Below, piece after piece: positions 31,040 through 44,932 of a DNA stretch of 64,000 nt. Both the position numbers and the translations under genes were made by a program. Source of the stretch: Trichoplax sp. H2 (taxonomy: Eukaryota); the NCBI GenBank assembly GCA_003344405.1, contig NOWV01000107.1, positions 186,001 through 250,000 on the forward strand, read 5' to 3'. Below the pieces are notes generated by a model, which saw only the letters and a program-made list of their open reading frames with translations, was not told the DNA's origin and made no database searches. Numbering within the stretch: position 1 is the stretch's first letter; each line of letters starts with the position of its first letter.

Positions 31040-34000
31040 ATGTCGTCTTGTATTATTCAAGACACCAATGGCCAAATGAAGGAAAAGATTGAAATGGATA
31101 AAGATGATCATAAAGGTAGGCGAAAAGGTGTTAACATGAAGAGCTTACCGTCTTGTAATAAAAATCATCATAGAGCATAGTGCAATCCTTTTCCGAGTGA
31201 AATTTCTCCATCCTATCCGTTTCACTAGATATCACCGATTCTCTTTTTTTCTGAGATCATTTTTTTCTCAATCGCTTGCATCTTACTTATCCATCCAATC
31301 ATTAATCTTTTTCATCATTCGCTGATTTTCTTCAAAATAACGTAAATAATGTTAAAAGATAACATTGCCAAGACGAAAGAGTGAGTGCTTTTCTTGTTTT
31401 CATATCCATAGATTCAATCTAAAATTGTTCAATGAATAGCAAAATGATTGTTGCTTTGCGACACTGCCGACTAAGCTAGGTTGTTTAGGGTTTTATAAAC
31501 TAACATTATCTTATCTTTCTATGACAACTTTATCATTCAATCGAGCTAGACCGATTTTCTTACCTCAATAAATAGTGTTCAATACAGTAGCAGGCTAAAC
31601 CACTCTCTTTTCGTCGGCTAATCATGGACTTGTATTATACAATCGATCAGACATGTTATTTCAACACTTGACGTATGTTGATTACTGCAGTGTAAAACAT
31701 CTCTTCAGTCCATCACAAATTTTCTACATTTTGGTTATCCTATCAGATAACAGCAAGTGCAATATACCGTAATTTGCAGTAATAGATAGCTTATAACAAG
31801 GATAAAACACAGCAACAACATGTACACTTTACTGCTGCATCGCTGTATCTACGTTAGTATACAGTAGATCAAATCAGCAATTTGCAATAGTATCGAGAAA
31901 ATACGTATTCCATCAAAGCAGACGCTATCACTTTTGACCTTCCATATGATAATAGATTGACAAAAATGGTTCGAGTTTTGGCATGATTATACCCTAGCTA
32001 TTATTAGTCAGCACATTTCATGATGATACTGTAGTATCTCATCGAGTTATTAATTGCATGTCTGTATCACAATTCATACTTTGTTGGATTTGTAATAAAA
32101 GTCCAGTCATATCAAGTTGCTTCAGGTGGGTTTATTTTGGTTTTTTTTCATATACTACTTCGTAGTTATCCTACTGTAACTGTAGCTAAAAAAGCATATC
32201 ATACCGTTATAATCATCGTGAGGAAATGTTACAATGTTGGGTGATTGTCAGTATTATCCGTAAATAATGTTTCGTTGTTAGACGGAAGAAGAGAGACTCT
32301 ATTATTAAAAAGGTTATGAAACAGCAATTCCAATTCCTATTATAGATAATAATGAAATGGTGACTAACTACTAAACAATATATTGTCAATAACTCAAAAG
32401 CAGCGGTATTTACAAATCAGGGTCGTTATAATTTATGTACAACGAAGAAAAAAGAAAATATGAAAGAAATTATATTTGTACAATATCCTATTGCAGTATA
32501 TATATACTGTATATATATTTTCTCTTATCTTGGCATACATTAGAAATGTTAATATAATTATCAAGTATTGTCTTGAGCTCATCAATGTACTAAGAATTTA
32601 TTTATACTAACTTGGGATTTTTTAGAATCTAATCATGTAAAGGAAGATCTTAATATCCTCTGTCAAGCGGATCCTGTTTCAAATACAATAAACAGTTTTC
32701 TCTTGCTTGATGGTTCGGAAGAATTACAGGTAAAAAGAATAATTTACATATTCGAGCTTACATTAGCGCACATGATTTCAGACATACAGTATTTGATTTA
32801 GTATTCATCAATACATCGAGACCAAAGCAATAGCAACGCACGATAAACACACGCAAATAGAATAATCGTATACCTGTGGTACCGTAGTATATTTGTAGTT
32901 ACTAACATGTTATGCAATAATGAATGATCAGTACAGTAATTCATTAACCTCAAGGAGCCCTACTTTATCATCCTTAACCTTAACATGGCTACAATACAGA
33001 ATATGAAATCAGACTTACCTCGATTGCTGACCTTGCTCAAATCTGCTAAATGGTGATATCATTGTCACCGTTATGGCAGATGGAATTTGATGAACTAATA
33101 AATACTCTAAGTTATAGAAAAATCGCTGAAATCACTTCAAAACAAGATACTGTTTCTATTCTAATCTGTTCATTCATATTCAGGTGCCTAATGATAAAGA
33201 ATTTTTGGATAAACTCAGTTGTTACGATAACTGTAATGTCAAGGTTGTATCTATCATTGGTAATACTGGTGATGGCAAATCTTACACCTTGAATCAAACA
33301 TTTTTTGATGGTCAACAAGTCTTTGCAACATCCGCAGATCAAGATAGCTGTACTATTGGTGTATGGGCAGCACTTTGTCGACCACTGCGTACTATCATAC
33401 TCGATACTGAAGGGATGTTAGGTTGTAAAAGTGATGAAAATCAACGAATGAGATTATTAATGAAAGGTACAAGAACGATGTCTTCATCAATTAATCGCAG
33501 TGTATTTTAATCCATTTTTTCCTATAGTAGTTCTACATATTAGGTAGCTGCAGCAATAAGGTTGTAGAATAGAAACCATGGTCTACTCTATGCCATAATT
33601 TCAGTTTATAAAAATCTTGTCTAACGATACTTAAGGACATCTTAATATATTTGTTGATAGCGAATGCTTACTGTATTATACTATATGTTTATATTTTATT
33701 TATAGTTCTAGCGATATCCGATGTCGTTATTTATCGCACACGATCACATCGATTACATCGAGATATGTACAAATTTATCGGTCATGCATCAAAAAGTTAC
33801 TTAAGATATTTTGCTTCCGAGTTGGAGCAAATTACCAATCGTTGCCATTTGAAAGGTTCTGTGTCTACACTTGGGCCTGCAGTGATTATTTTCCATGATA
33901 CTCGTAACACTGACTTATTGGGATATGGTAAATATCATTCAATAAACTGACTATAGCTAAATCTGCGGAGATATTACGCTCATAGTTTGCATAAGATAGA

Positions 34001-36563
34001 CAACCATTTTTAAAATAGTTAACAAGTAAAGTAGTCGCTGAATTTCACTTTCTCTGTTGATCGCTAATGTTATGATACTTCCCAAAGGAAATTCCAAGAC
34101 AGCTAATGAAAAATTACGAGAGGCTTTTTTGGATGTGGGTTGTATGCCACAAGCATTTAGCAATATCGAATACGTTGGTAGTAAATGCGCTGGTCCTGAA
34201 GATAATCCAGATTTTTTAAAGTTGCGCAATGCTATTCAGAGCCATCTAGAAAATAATTCGATACGCTCTCCAAGATGTGGCCAAGTTATATACAAAACTC
34301 TAAAGGTAATGATCGTATTAATCTACATTAAAGGCGTATTAATATCTAATTTTATAGTAGTGAAAGTTTGATGGCATGATACAATTATCACTGATACTTT
34401 TATGTTTGATTGAATTATGTTTGGTTAGCAATTTACGATGAGAAAGAATTTAAATCAATTTAATTGTATTCAATCTCCTAATTTAATAAATTTTTAATAT
34501 TAAATATCGTATATTTAGTTAGATGAGGTTAGGGATATCTATCGTGTCTAACCGAAATATATCTGTTTTTAAATGTAGGCTCTCAATGAAAAATTTGGTG
34601 GAGAAATTGAGTATACCGTCCCAGATACATTTCCTGACGCATATTTTACTTGTAATAGTACGTGCTTATCTTGCGGGTAAGAAACGGTGCTATTATACGT
34701 ATTTGCGAACAAATTAGTGAAAATTAATTCTAAATGAATACCATTGCCATCAATGTGATTTAGCATCATTACTTCGTATTTATAGCTAAATGCTTATATT
34801 AAATGAATGCTATTATCGTAAATGTGATTCAGCGTCATTACTTCCTGTAGCACTTATTATACCGTACTTGCTATTGCTAATATGCAACACATCGATATCT
34901 GTATTCTTCCTTTGGATTAATATAACGTTTTCAATTCGCTTCTATAAGCTAATATTCAACCATAATGTATTTAGTACACGATGTGATATGACCATGAATC
35001 ATATCAAGGACGATATACCGCACTCTTCCTCAAATAAACACTGCAAGTTTCAACATCAATTCATGAATAAAGTTTATTTATGTCTGGTAAGTAAAATGAA
35101 TTCTTAAATAGTAGAATCCTGAAAATAAATTTATACTGCGAATTTGAAAGGTTTGCCATGAACGTGGTGAAGATATGATCGTGGAACCGAAATTAATTGA
35201 GTCAGCAGAATCAAAATGGCTCGGATACGCACAGTATCTATGGTCAGGGTTAGTGTGCATCATTTCGTACTGTTCGTTATGTGTGTTCTCAAATTGTGCT
35301 TATTAGAACAAAATGGAATATACGAAGTAGCTTTATTGCTTATACAATAGTACCCTAACTTTATGTTTAATGGCATATCATTCATAGGTCGTAGATTAAG
35401 ACTGATTATGACAACCTAGTCAATGAAATTATTTATTATATTATATCGGCTTAGGTATATTCTGGAATGTCCAAATTGCGGTATTATTTATCGTAGCCGT
35501 CAGTACTGGTACGGAAATAAAGCCCCAGCAGAAGAAGCCAAAGTGATAAGAACTGAAATTCGACATGTTTGGCCTGGTGTAAGCAAACCTTTAAATTTTT
35601 ATTTGAAACTATTTCCCCACGCAATATAGTAACTGTACGGTAGATACAAATAAAGGATTTACTTTAATTCTTAGTTGCTTGCATAGCTCACTTACTGATT
35701 AACTAACTTATACTCCACTCTTATCGTTACTCAGTCAGAAATTAGCAAAGCAGATTACGGTAACACTGCTCGGAGACTATTAGACAGTTTATCAAATATT
35801 GCTGACTCAGTTCGAGAAGCTAGCGCTAAGCCTAAGAAAATAGTTTCGGATTGGGTAGCAGATTCAATCGCACCTTCATACTGGGTTCCAAATTCTGAAA
35901 TAAACGTAAGCAATTGTATAGAGATATATTTCAGAGCGTAGAAATTAGCTGCTTAACTCTAAATCTTAACTTTTAATATAGTGTTGTAAGGCTTGCCAAT
36001 GTAGTATCTCTGGCGATAATAAAATCCATCATTGTCGATGTTGCGGTGAAGGATTTTGCGATGATTGTTCAGCAAATGAAATGCCCGTACCATGGCGTGG
36101 ATGGGGCCAAATACCAGTTAGAGTTTGCCAGTCCTGCTTTAGCTCTTATAAAGATTTAAATCATTCGATATCTAAAAAAAATGATGAAACTCAATCTATC
36201 CCCCGCAATGATACAGTTGTAAATGGCAAGCATGATAAAAGCAAGGGATTGACAGCGCGCAAAGTTGGCGAAGGTGTTGCATCAGTTATAGGAGCTATTA
36301 CGAATGCCATGGAATATCCGCGTGGCTATGTTGTAGATATTGTTCGACCTGAATATTGGGTACCTGACCAAGATATTCGTCAATGTAATCAATGTCAAAT
36401 CATATTTGGTTCCAATATGACGAAACATCACTGTAGAAAATGTGGTCATGGCTTCTGTGATACTTGTACAAAAACTAAATTGTCAGTTCCATCGCGTGGT
36501 TGGGAATATCCAGTTCGTGTCTGTGATAACTGTGCAAAAATTTTACAATCTGAAAATGTTTAA
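31040..36563 (+). CDS. ZFYVE1: zinc finger FYVE domain-containing protein 1 (DFCP1): P-loop NTPase domain plus two FYVE fingers; start exon tentative
   Basis: Confident exons from 32626: SFLLLDGSEELQ, KVVSIIGNTGDGKSYTLN, DTEG, VLAISDVVIYRT, CPNCGIIYRSRQYWYGN, EIRHVWPG, two FYVE domains (HHCRCCGEGFC, HHCRKCGHGFC), stop at 36563. Phase-compatible first coding exon 31040-31115 is my best guess. Confidence 0.94.
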
Positions 36564-38270
36564 TTTGCAATGACATATATCTCTTGGTAAATTTTATATA
36601 ATAGCAAAAGAATGTCTTTTAGCTTAGTTATGTTGTACTATAAACTCTACTGTGTAAAATAATGTAAGAAAAAAAAACATCTGTATCTATCTATCTACAA
36701 ATTCTACATTAAAAAAGATTTGTATCGGCAGTAATATCATAATACACTTAAACCAATTTCCAAGACCTTGTAATATCTGTCATGAGATCTTATCAACCTA
36801 AACATCCTTAAATTATTATACAGTAAGAAATGTTATTGATATCTTATTATTGCTTTCCACGCATATAAAATAGCGCTGAATCTATTATGGGCTAACAGCG
36901 GGGATATTACCTTCATTTTCCAATGCTGCCATGTATGATCTCGATTAATGAATTGTTACTATGGTTTCTTATATTGTACCTACTCGTATACAGTAACCTT
37001 GACTGGAGTTGATTACAATTGATATAATAGTAAACATGAACTAGTACTAAAGTGCTGTCATTGTGATTCTATTTCTGTTAAAAGGACTATCTTGTTATAA
37101 TTTAAAGACTATGGTTAGTAGGAAATATCTCTTGAGTGTAAATTACGAATTTATTTATTGTATGCAGTATTTATGCTGATGGTGTGGAGTTATATTGCGT
37201 CACGTTGTCAATAAATGACTATTTACCTGATTTATCGATCTATAAGCTACAATGTAAAAAACAGTAAACACACATGTTTATGATATTTATATAATTACTA
37301 TTAAACTCTTAATCAAAGTGTCATAATTGCTATATGGACGATTTCTAAAGTTATTAAATCTGCTAAAAATCTCTGTCGATGGATACATGGGTTAATGAAT
37401 ACGGTAATTTTCATTTAATAAGGTATGCTATACTATGTCATAGTATTACTTTCATTTGTAATCTATCAAATATCTTTCAAAGCGATGTCAAAAGCAACCC
37501 CTATTTAGCTTTATATGAGGTCACTGATACTATAAAGATTTATTGATGTTAGTCCAATAGATGTGTGTGCGGATCACATTGTCTCATATCAAGAATTGCG
37601 GACATCTTAAGTGATAGTATGGAATACCGTTAACAAATTTGCTACAGGCTTCCGTTTTATTAAATATTCTGAATAGTAACGCTTTCGGTTTGTCAGGCTA
37701 TTATTATAATATTAATCGTCCATCTTAAGAATTTCATAGATATTGAAAAGTCAAGTTAGCCTTTATAAAATTGTGTAATATGAATCATCACATTCTACCG
37801 ATGCTTATCAAAAACAATATTATTAATAATATAGCAATTATGTATGAAAATCTTATGTATTATGCACATCAATCAACTAATTACCGAAAAAAACGAGTTT
37901 TGATTCCATATTGGAAGTATAATATGATTAAACTAAAATATAGTATACGACAACTTAAGTGTACTTAAATATTGTAGTACTGTATGCTGGCTGATGTACA
38001 TACGAGTAAAAGCTTTCTTGTATTAGATTTCACAATCGCGCTCCGTGTTTGCAAGATTAGGCATTATATCACGGATATAAATTATCTCCTGCATTTATGC
38101 GTTTTGTTGACATAAGAAGTAGTAAAATATAGTAGCTACAATTTATTTCTTAAAACGATCAACAGATTAAAATTATCTAACGGATTTGATATTAGTAATA
38201 TATTATTACAGTTACTTACAAGAATAATAAATACTTTTTCTTTCCTACATCTAAAATGATGTAATAATCG

Positions 38271-41200
38271 TCATAATAATAACTTGCAAGATCTCAACGT
38301 GGACACATTCTCAGTTAGACAACTAGACATCATTAAAATTGGTAAACCGTTGTCTCTGTCTCTCGAGTGAGAGTAGCAAATTAAGTGAGGTTCCAGTGGT
38401 ATACATTTGTCAGGCAAAAAGCTATACAACTCTTCTCCATTATTTAGATTCCATCCACGAACTGCAAAGTCTTTTCCTACTGCTCATTTTTATACACAGA
38501 CACAGTACGGTCAGTGACAAAATCCTAATTCATACCAAACACCTTTGCACGCTAATTAATAGTTATCCAATTACCTGAAGAGACCACACTTTCAGTGTTA
38601 TCTAAATCAAACGTTTGATTCATGAAATACGTATCACACCCATGTGACATTGTTATTACGCAACTACGTGTTCTCATATCCCATAACTTGATCTAAATAG
38701 GAAGAAGTCAGAGATATTGTTTTAACATCAAGGAGTATGCAAATGATCTAATAATGCTACAAAAGTAGATAGGTCACTAACTTGCCCATCGACGGACGAT
38801 GATAATACATAATTGTTATCATTCAGAAGTTTAATTTTAGATACAGATGATTCATGTTTAACGTGTGACACAACAACGTTTGCTTGCCGAAGGTCTGAAA
38901 TTTGTACGACGCCACCGCGGGTACCGTTGTAAATTATGGGATCCTATTGAGATCAGAGTTGAAATGTAACATTACAATAAATAGTATATTAATGAACATG
39001 CTTCATGTCATGGTCATGATAACCCGATGGAATTTCTAATGACCAAAAGCTTAAAGACTTGATTACCAACATCAAATAGGTAATACATATCATATAGTAT
39101 TATAATAGCAATTTAGCAATTGCTATGATAGTATACCGACATCAATTCAATATTTGCTACCTGCATTGAAAGTGCTTGTGAAAATACATCACTTTCGTTA
39201 AATATCGGAATGGAAATTTTTTTATTACTTTCAATATTTAACATCATAGCCTCTCCAGAAGCTCCTAATAAAGACGAGCAGTGATAAAATATCGAGTTCC
39301 ATTAGATAAGCTTTACATGTAGCAAACTTAAATAGCGTATTCAATCAAGTGTAATATTTAATAAATGATCCTACCAACGCTGATAAAATCACAGAATCGG
39401 AAATGAGGACAGGCTGAGCAGCACCAAATGGAGCGTTTAGCAAACTGATATATCACATCAGCTATTGTGACGAAGATTTAAAAATACTGTGTTAGTTAAA
39501 CAAGTTAAGACTTAATTTAAGCAATCTACTGTCAATGTTGCTACTATCGGTAGTATTGGTGGTATCACTAGGAATGCAATAAATATTGCAGCAGCAGAAA
39601 TGATATTTATGCAGTAGAGTTTGCGTCGTAATTGTACATATTACTCACCGTGAATATCGTTAAAGTTATGTAGCCGAATACTACCAGTACAACTTGCATT
39701 ACCTAAGTGAGATGCACTAAANNNNNNNNNNNNNNNNNNNNCATGTAGCAAACTTAAATAGCGTATTCAATCAAGTGTAATATTTAATAAATGATCCTAC
39801 CAACGCTGATAAAATCACAGAATCGGAAATGAGGACAGGCTGAGCAGCACCAAATGGAGCGTTTAGCAAACTGATATATCACATCAGCTATTGTGACGAA
39901 GATTTAAAAATACTGTGTTAGTTAAACAAGTTAAGACTTAACTTAAGCAATCTACTGTCAATGTTGCTACTATCGGTAGTATTGGTGGTATCACTAGGAA
40001 TGCAATAAAGAACGTAACCTAACGATATTCATCATTAGTATCGTTCAACTAAATATTAAAATGAAACGACGGAATAATACACGCATACGTAAGCAATTTG
40101 TTGATAAATATTGCAGCAGCAGAAATGATATTTATGCAGTAGAGTTTGCGTCGTAATTGTACATATTACTCACCGTGAATATCGTTAAAGTTATGTAGCC
40201 GAATACTACCAGTACAACTTGCATTACCTAAGTGAGATGCACTAAATATAATAGGAAGAATGTTGAGGAGAATATTTAAGTATCTCTTTCTCTAATAGTG
40301 TTCTGCAACTAAGGAAGTAGTTATAAAATGTAATAATAGTTTTTGGATACACTATGTCATATATGGAGCCAATTTTACTATCTTTACGTATCCAATCAAC
40401 ATGAGTCATTCTCGATAACGATGAGGACACTTCAAAACACTCAAGGTAGTATTCATTTTCAATAGAATTGTTATAATTTTCTAGTACAGTGATAATTCGA
40501 AGCCTTTATAAACCAATTACATAGTAAATAGAAGTAAGAATCATTTAATTATACTATTAAAAATGAAGCAAAACTCATTAAGGTAATAATTCTGCAGTTA
40601 TTATTGCATACTGCTTACTTACAAGAATGGCCCATCATTGCCTCTGATCGTACTAAGAGCTGCGATTCGTCGGCAGACATTATCGGACTTAACATAAAGG
40701 TCAATCAAAAATTCTGGTCAAATATCGCAAACTAGATTAAAATATGTAGATATAAATAATGTTCCAGTCATGCGTTGATTTATCATGGCAATAAGCGTAA
40801 AAAATTGGATATTAAAAACTATGCAGATATATTCAGTTCATGATTGAAATTATCGGATCATTATTTATAAAGCACACATGGCGGTAATACAGTGCTATAA
40901 TTAGATTTATTAAATTAGTTTCGTTCATTAGCTTGATCCTAGGGTAAGTCCTTGAATTCAACATTTTACATTAACATACTTACAATCAACTTATAAACCG
41001 TCGTACTATTCCAGGTGGCCAAATTAGACAAATGTAGATAATCTGGCATAGCACGGCGTGCTATAGTCTTTGCAGTGTGCTGAGGTTGTTGAGGAAATAG
41101 TTGCCTCTGGCATATATGGCGAATCACATCATTATTTGCTTTCTATTGGGATAATAATATATATGTAATTAAGGGCTATAACCTCATTCAGGGATATTTA

Positions 41201-41583
41201 CATTTAAATACGCCTATAAGGTATAATGTACTATTTTGCACAAGGACGAGCACTTGACTAAAATTTTCCTATTTGAATGAAGATAACAATCTTACGCGTT
41301 TCCAATGACGCAATGGCAAGAATTGATTTTGGTACCGTTTCTCATAACTTGTTTGTTGCTTGTTAATAGCGATTGAATCCAAGGTAATTGGGTTGTACCG
41401 ATTATGCCCAGGGGTGACTCGAAAGTAACGTTTCTTATCTGGGTCGAAATAAAACCCTGGAATTTTTACTAAAGAGTTAAGGATTTTACTATAATCGATA
41501 TGATGGAAATGTTCATCTAAGATGATGTACAATTTCATTTATTCTTTACGCGTTACTGACATCAATTCTGCAGCACTGTGCAT
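38271..41583 (-). CDS. DCAF4: DDB1- and CUL4-associated factor 4-like WD40 protein
   Basis: N-terminal KIPGFYFDPDKKRYFRVTPGHNRYNPIT motif. WD exons SIWCCSAC, IKLWDMRT (WDxR), VGKDFAVRGWNL. Stop at 38271. Start exon 41583-41550 is tentative, and the model is interrupted by the N gap and duplicated exons. Confidence 0.88.
39316..40246. other. 20-N assembly gap (39722-39741) flanked by near-identical copies (39316-39721 vs 39742-40246)
   Basis: Copies appear identical apart from a 99-bp intronic indel and at least one SNP (TTAATTTAA/TTAACTTAA). Both copies end exactly at the gap. Confidence 0.9.
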
Positions 41584-42281
41584 TGCAATATTTCTATCAC
41601 CATCAAAACACTGTTTGTTTACTACGAACACTGTCTAGTAAAGACTAATATGATAACATTTCATTAATGTACAGGTACGAGGTCGAACGAGCCATCCATC
41701 ACTGATATGCAAGACATACACGGGCTATCTAGCTATTCATTTGTCTTTACTATAGTGTGCAACGTTACTCGCTTAAAGTACTGCTGAATGTGAGATTTGC
41801 TTGCAAATACTCGTTGATACAAATACACTACTTACTGTGGTAAACGAATATAATTACAATAGATACAGTAGGAAATATGCACCAACAGAGATCCATTGGT
41901 GATATACTGTATTGATTCATTATTAAGGATATCTGGATTGTTGCTCATTGGACCGGCAGTCTTGAACGAGTTTTACACCAGATTCAGATTGAATTGACAA
42001 CAAGTCTTCCTCTACAACAAGCTTGATATCATTTCTGAGGTCGCTGTCTTTGCAAAAGTTGTACTGTTTGATACTATAATCAAGACGATTATACAATATA
42101 CAGCAGCGGTAAACAGAACGATTTAATTGACGCTCCTTGTCATCTTTATGGTATCCACTGGTTATGCCTGTCAAAGTTACAGAATATTCCTAAACATTAC
42201 TTACAGTAGACTTAAGTAAAGCCAATGTAGTTGCAGCTCGTTGCAGCCGTTGAAAAAGCAAAGCTCTTCCTCTCTTGTACT

Positions 42282-43150
42282 TGTAGTACAGTACAGTATT
42301 CTACAATATACAGTACTATACTGTACAGTACAGTACTGTACATTACAGTACATTATACTGTGTGTCATCGAGTGTGGACGGAAAGGTGGATGGACGAGAA
42401 GCTTTAGTTAGGCCGTTCGCATATTACCAATACTGTGCACTGTACTGTACGTTGTAAGCCATTAAAGCACATATTGATTCCAGTTATTATTTGAATCCAT
42501 GATAAGCTAACACCAAGTTCTTTCATAGAGTTTGAGACACCGTCTGGCTTAGTTGTCTACTCTAGTCAGTAAACTTGAAATGGAAGCAACGTAAAAATTA
42601 TAGTAAAATGATCTTTGCAAATGAATTTTATGTTGACTGACCCTGATACAGCAAGAATATAGATCTCTTCTTCCCTTATCCAAATGACTTCCTATTCTAA
42701 TTTTACTGTACTACAGTGGTACTTTAGTAAATTTACTCGACATGGATAGTGTTATTCCTGGCACACGACGTAATCGTTTTACTTAGTGAAAAGAAGGTAT
42801 CATGATCATTATGGACTACAGTCATTAGTCCATCAATTCATGAATACCAAAGTTATTATGGGCAGTTGCATTCAACTTGAGTGTATCCTAGGTATCGCCA
42901 CAGTTTGACTCCAAATTGACTCGGATTTACACTAAAAAATGAATATTCAGGAGTCCCTAACTCAGTAAAAAGCGCTTCCATTTTTTTTCCTTTTTTCTGC
43001 CTTCGTACCAACAGTCCAAATCGATACCAACTGTACTAGTGTACTGTACAGTACTGTACTGTACACTGTACAGTCTGTGTACAGTGTACAGTACTGCACA
43101 GTACTGTACAGTAGAATACTTGTCTTCAGTATCCGCTGCTGTACTGTATG
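42282..43150. promoter_or_regulatory. putative bidirectional promoter region (DCAF4 / RTF1) with TACAG/CTGTA islands
   Basis: Islands at 42282-42362, 42430-42450 and 43030-43148. The last contains a foldback (43042-43113). Strong donor sites of probable 5'UTR exons lie nearby (~42204 minus, ~43383 plus). Confidence 0.5.
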
Positions 43151-44932
43151 ACGTGCCCGAACGCACGACGCAACTAGTTTGACCTGCTTTGACTGGTTGA
43201 ACGTGCCAAGGGTAACCCAAATATTATTATTATTCATTGCAAGTTGGTTTCCTCTTGGCGCCACAACGGGGAAGATTGGTGTGGATTGTCGCCATTTCTC
43301 TTTCTCCTTAACAGTTGATTCTTTCACTGGCAAAGCCAATTCTTTGATCCACTTGATTTTACTGTATCTCACTGAAGAATAGGTACGTTTTGATCCATGT
43401 TCACTAAGAACAAGCTTAATCAATGAAAGAAGACCAGCAAGAGGGATCATTCCCACTCAATGGCCATCAATTGACTTGACTTACGTCTAGCAGTCACTTT
43501 GACTGTCTGTCTCCTATTCTTTTTTTCCTAGTCGTTCCTGGTCAGCATTAGCATCAATAGATTGATTCCTCCCCTATATTAAATGATAGAATTACCACCG
43601 TTTCTTCTTTATTCTTTGAAAATCCTTTCCCCAAATCATCCTATAGGCAATAGTCGATAAGTTTGTTCAAAACTGCTTTCAACCGTGTTCGCCATATCTT
43701 TTCGACTTGTTTGGAGTATGGATAAAATCTCGATCTAGTACAGTGAAAAGAATGAGCTCAAGGTTATCGTGGATATTGAATTGACGAGTGTATTTGGACG
43801 ATGCGGTACTGGGCTAAATTGAATAAATGGTTACCGAATTTCAAGCATAACTGCCAAGATGCCTTTTCATATAGTATCCACAAGTGCATCTATTGCCAAC
43901 TAGTCCATTTTCTCCCTAATAATATCGATGTCAGTTGTACGTAATAGACTGCATGGGTTGTTCTAGATGCATTTGCAATGGTCAAGCCGACATAATAGAC
44001 AAGTGCAATAGTAAAATTGTACGTAGTTCTAATTTGGACTGTGCCGTCGACCACGATATTTTTGGACGATGATTCTTCACATTTCAATCGAATTTAATGA
44101 CATTCAATTCCATGGAATCCAATCAGATTAACTCTTTATGTCTAGTTTAAAATTTCAAAATGATAACTTACATTACTGTGAATCGACGAGGAATGATTAT
44201 TTTGAGATGGAATGCGTAAAATTAAATTGATTATCATGCGTACTCATTTTTTCCCATGAATTGTGAAACGGTCCTATTTCTATCAATGAATTTTATTCTT
44301 TGTATAGTAGTATACTGACTGTTATTGCATGGGAGGGCTATGAAGTTCTTCTCATTTCCAGTTGAATGATGGGAAAGTCAGAGCTATTTCGGTAGAAAAT
44401 CACCAACGTTGATAGTATTACTGGAGATGATATGCTCGAGGTTCTATCAATTCTTTGCTTATCGTTCTGCATTATCATCGAATCACTGGATGACGATAAA
44501 TGATCGATAGATAGCTAGAGTATTCTGCCATAGAAAGTATTGTGATAATAACTAATTAATTAATTAATCTTGGCTATCATTTAACTTAAGTACTATAGTT
44601 GGGGCACTGTACGATACTGTATTTTATAGTAATACCCATGGTTAGAATCCTAATTTGATCAATGTAGATTAAGCTAATTCATTGATTTCTTATTGATTTG
44701 GGTTAGCAGTGAATGAATATGATTTCACTTTGTGTTTAGCCTGTAAACAAATTGACCCTGTGATCTCATTATATTTCTATATTTCGACTGCTTGGCTATC
44801 GTAGCATAAATTGTACCGTACCAACACTATGAAACTACTTCATCAATGGCTTGCTCAATTATATTTGTTAACTTTACTGCTATAATCAATTCCGTCAATT
44901 AACGGTTTTATTTTTTGTAATATTCGAAGAAA

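Noticed and set aside
31149-31211. Minus-strand ATG exon (MEKFHSEKDC...) as first exon of the ArfGAP gene
   Set aside because: Exon 29363-29265 has the BAR DSP motif, the right phase and the right position next to the promoter island; this one lies in a ZFYVE1 intron.
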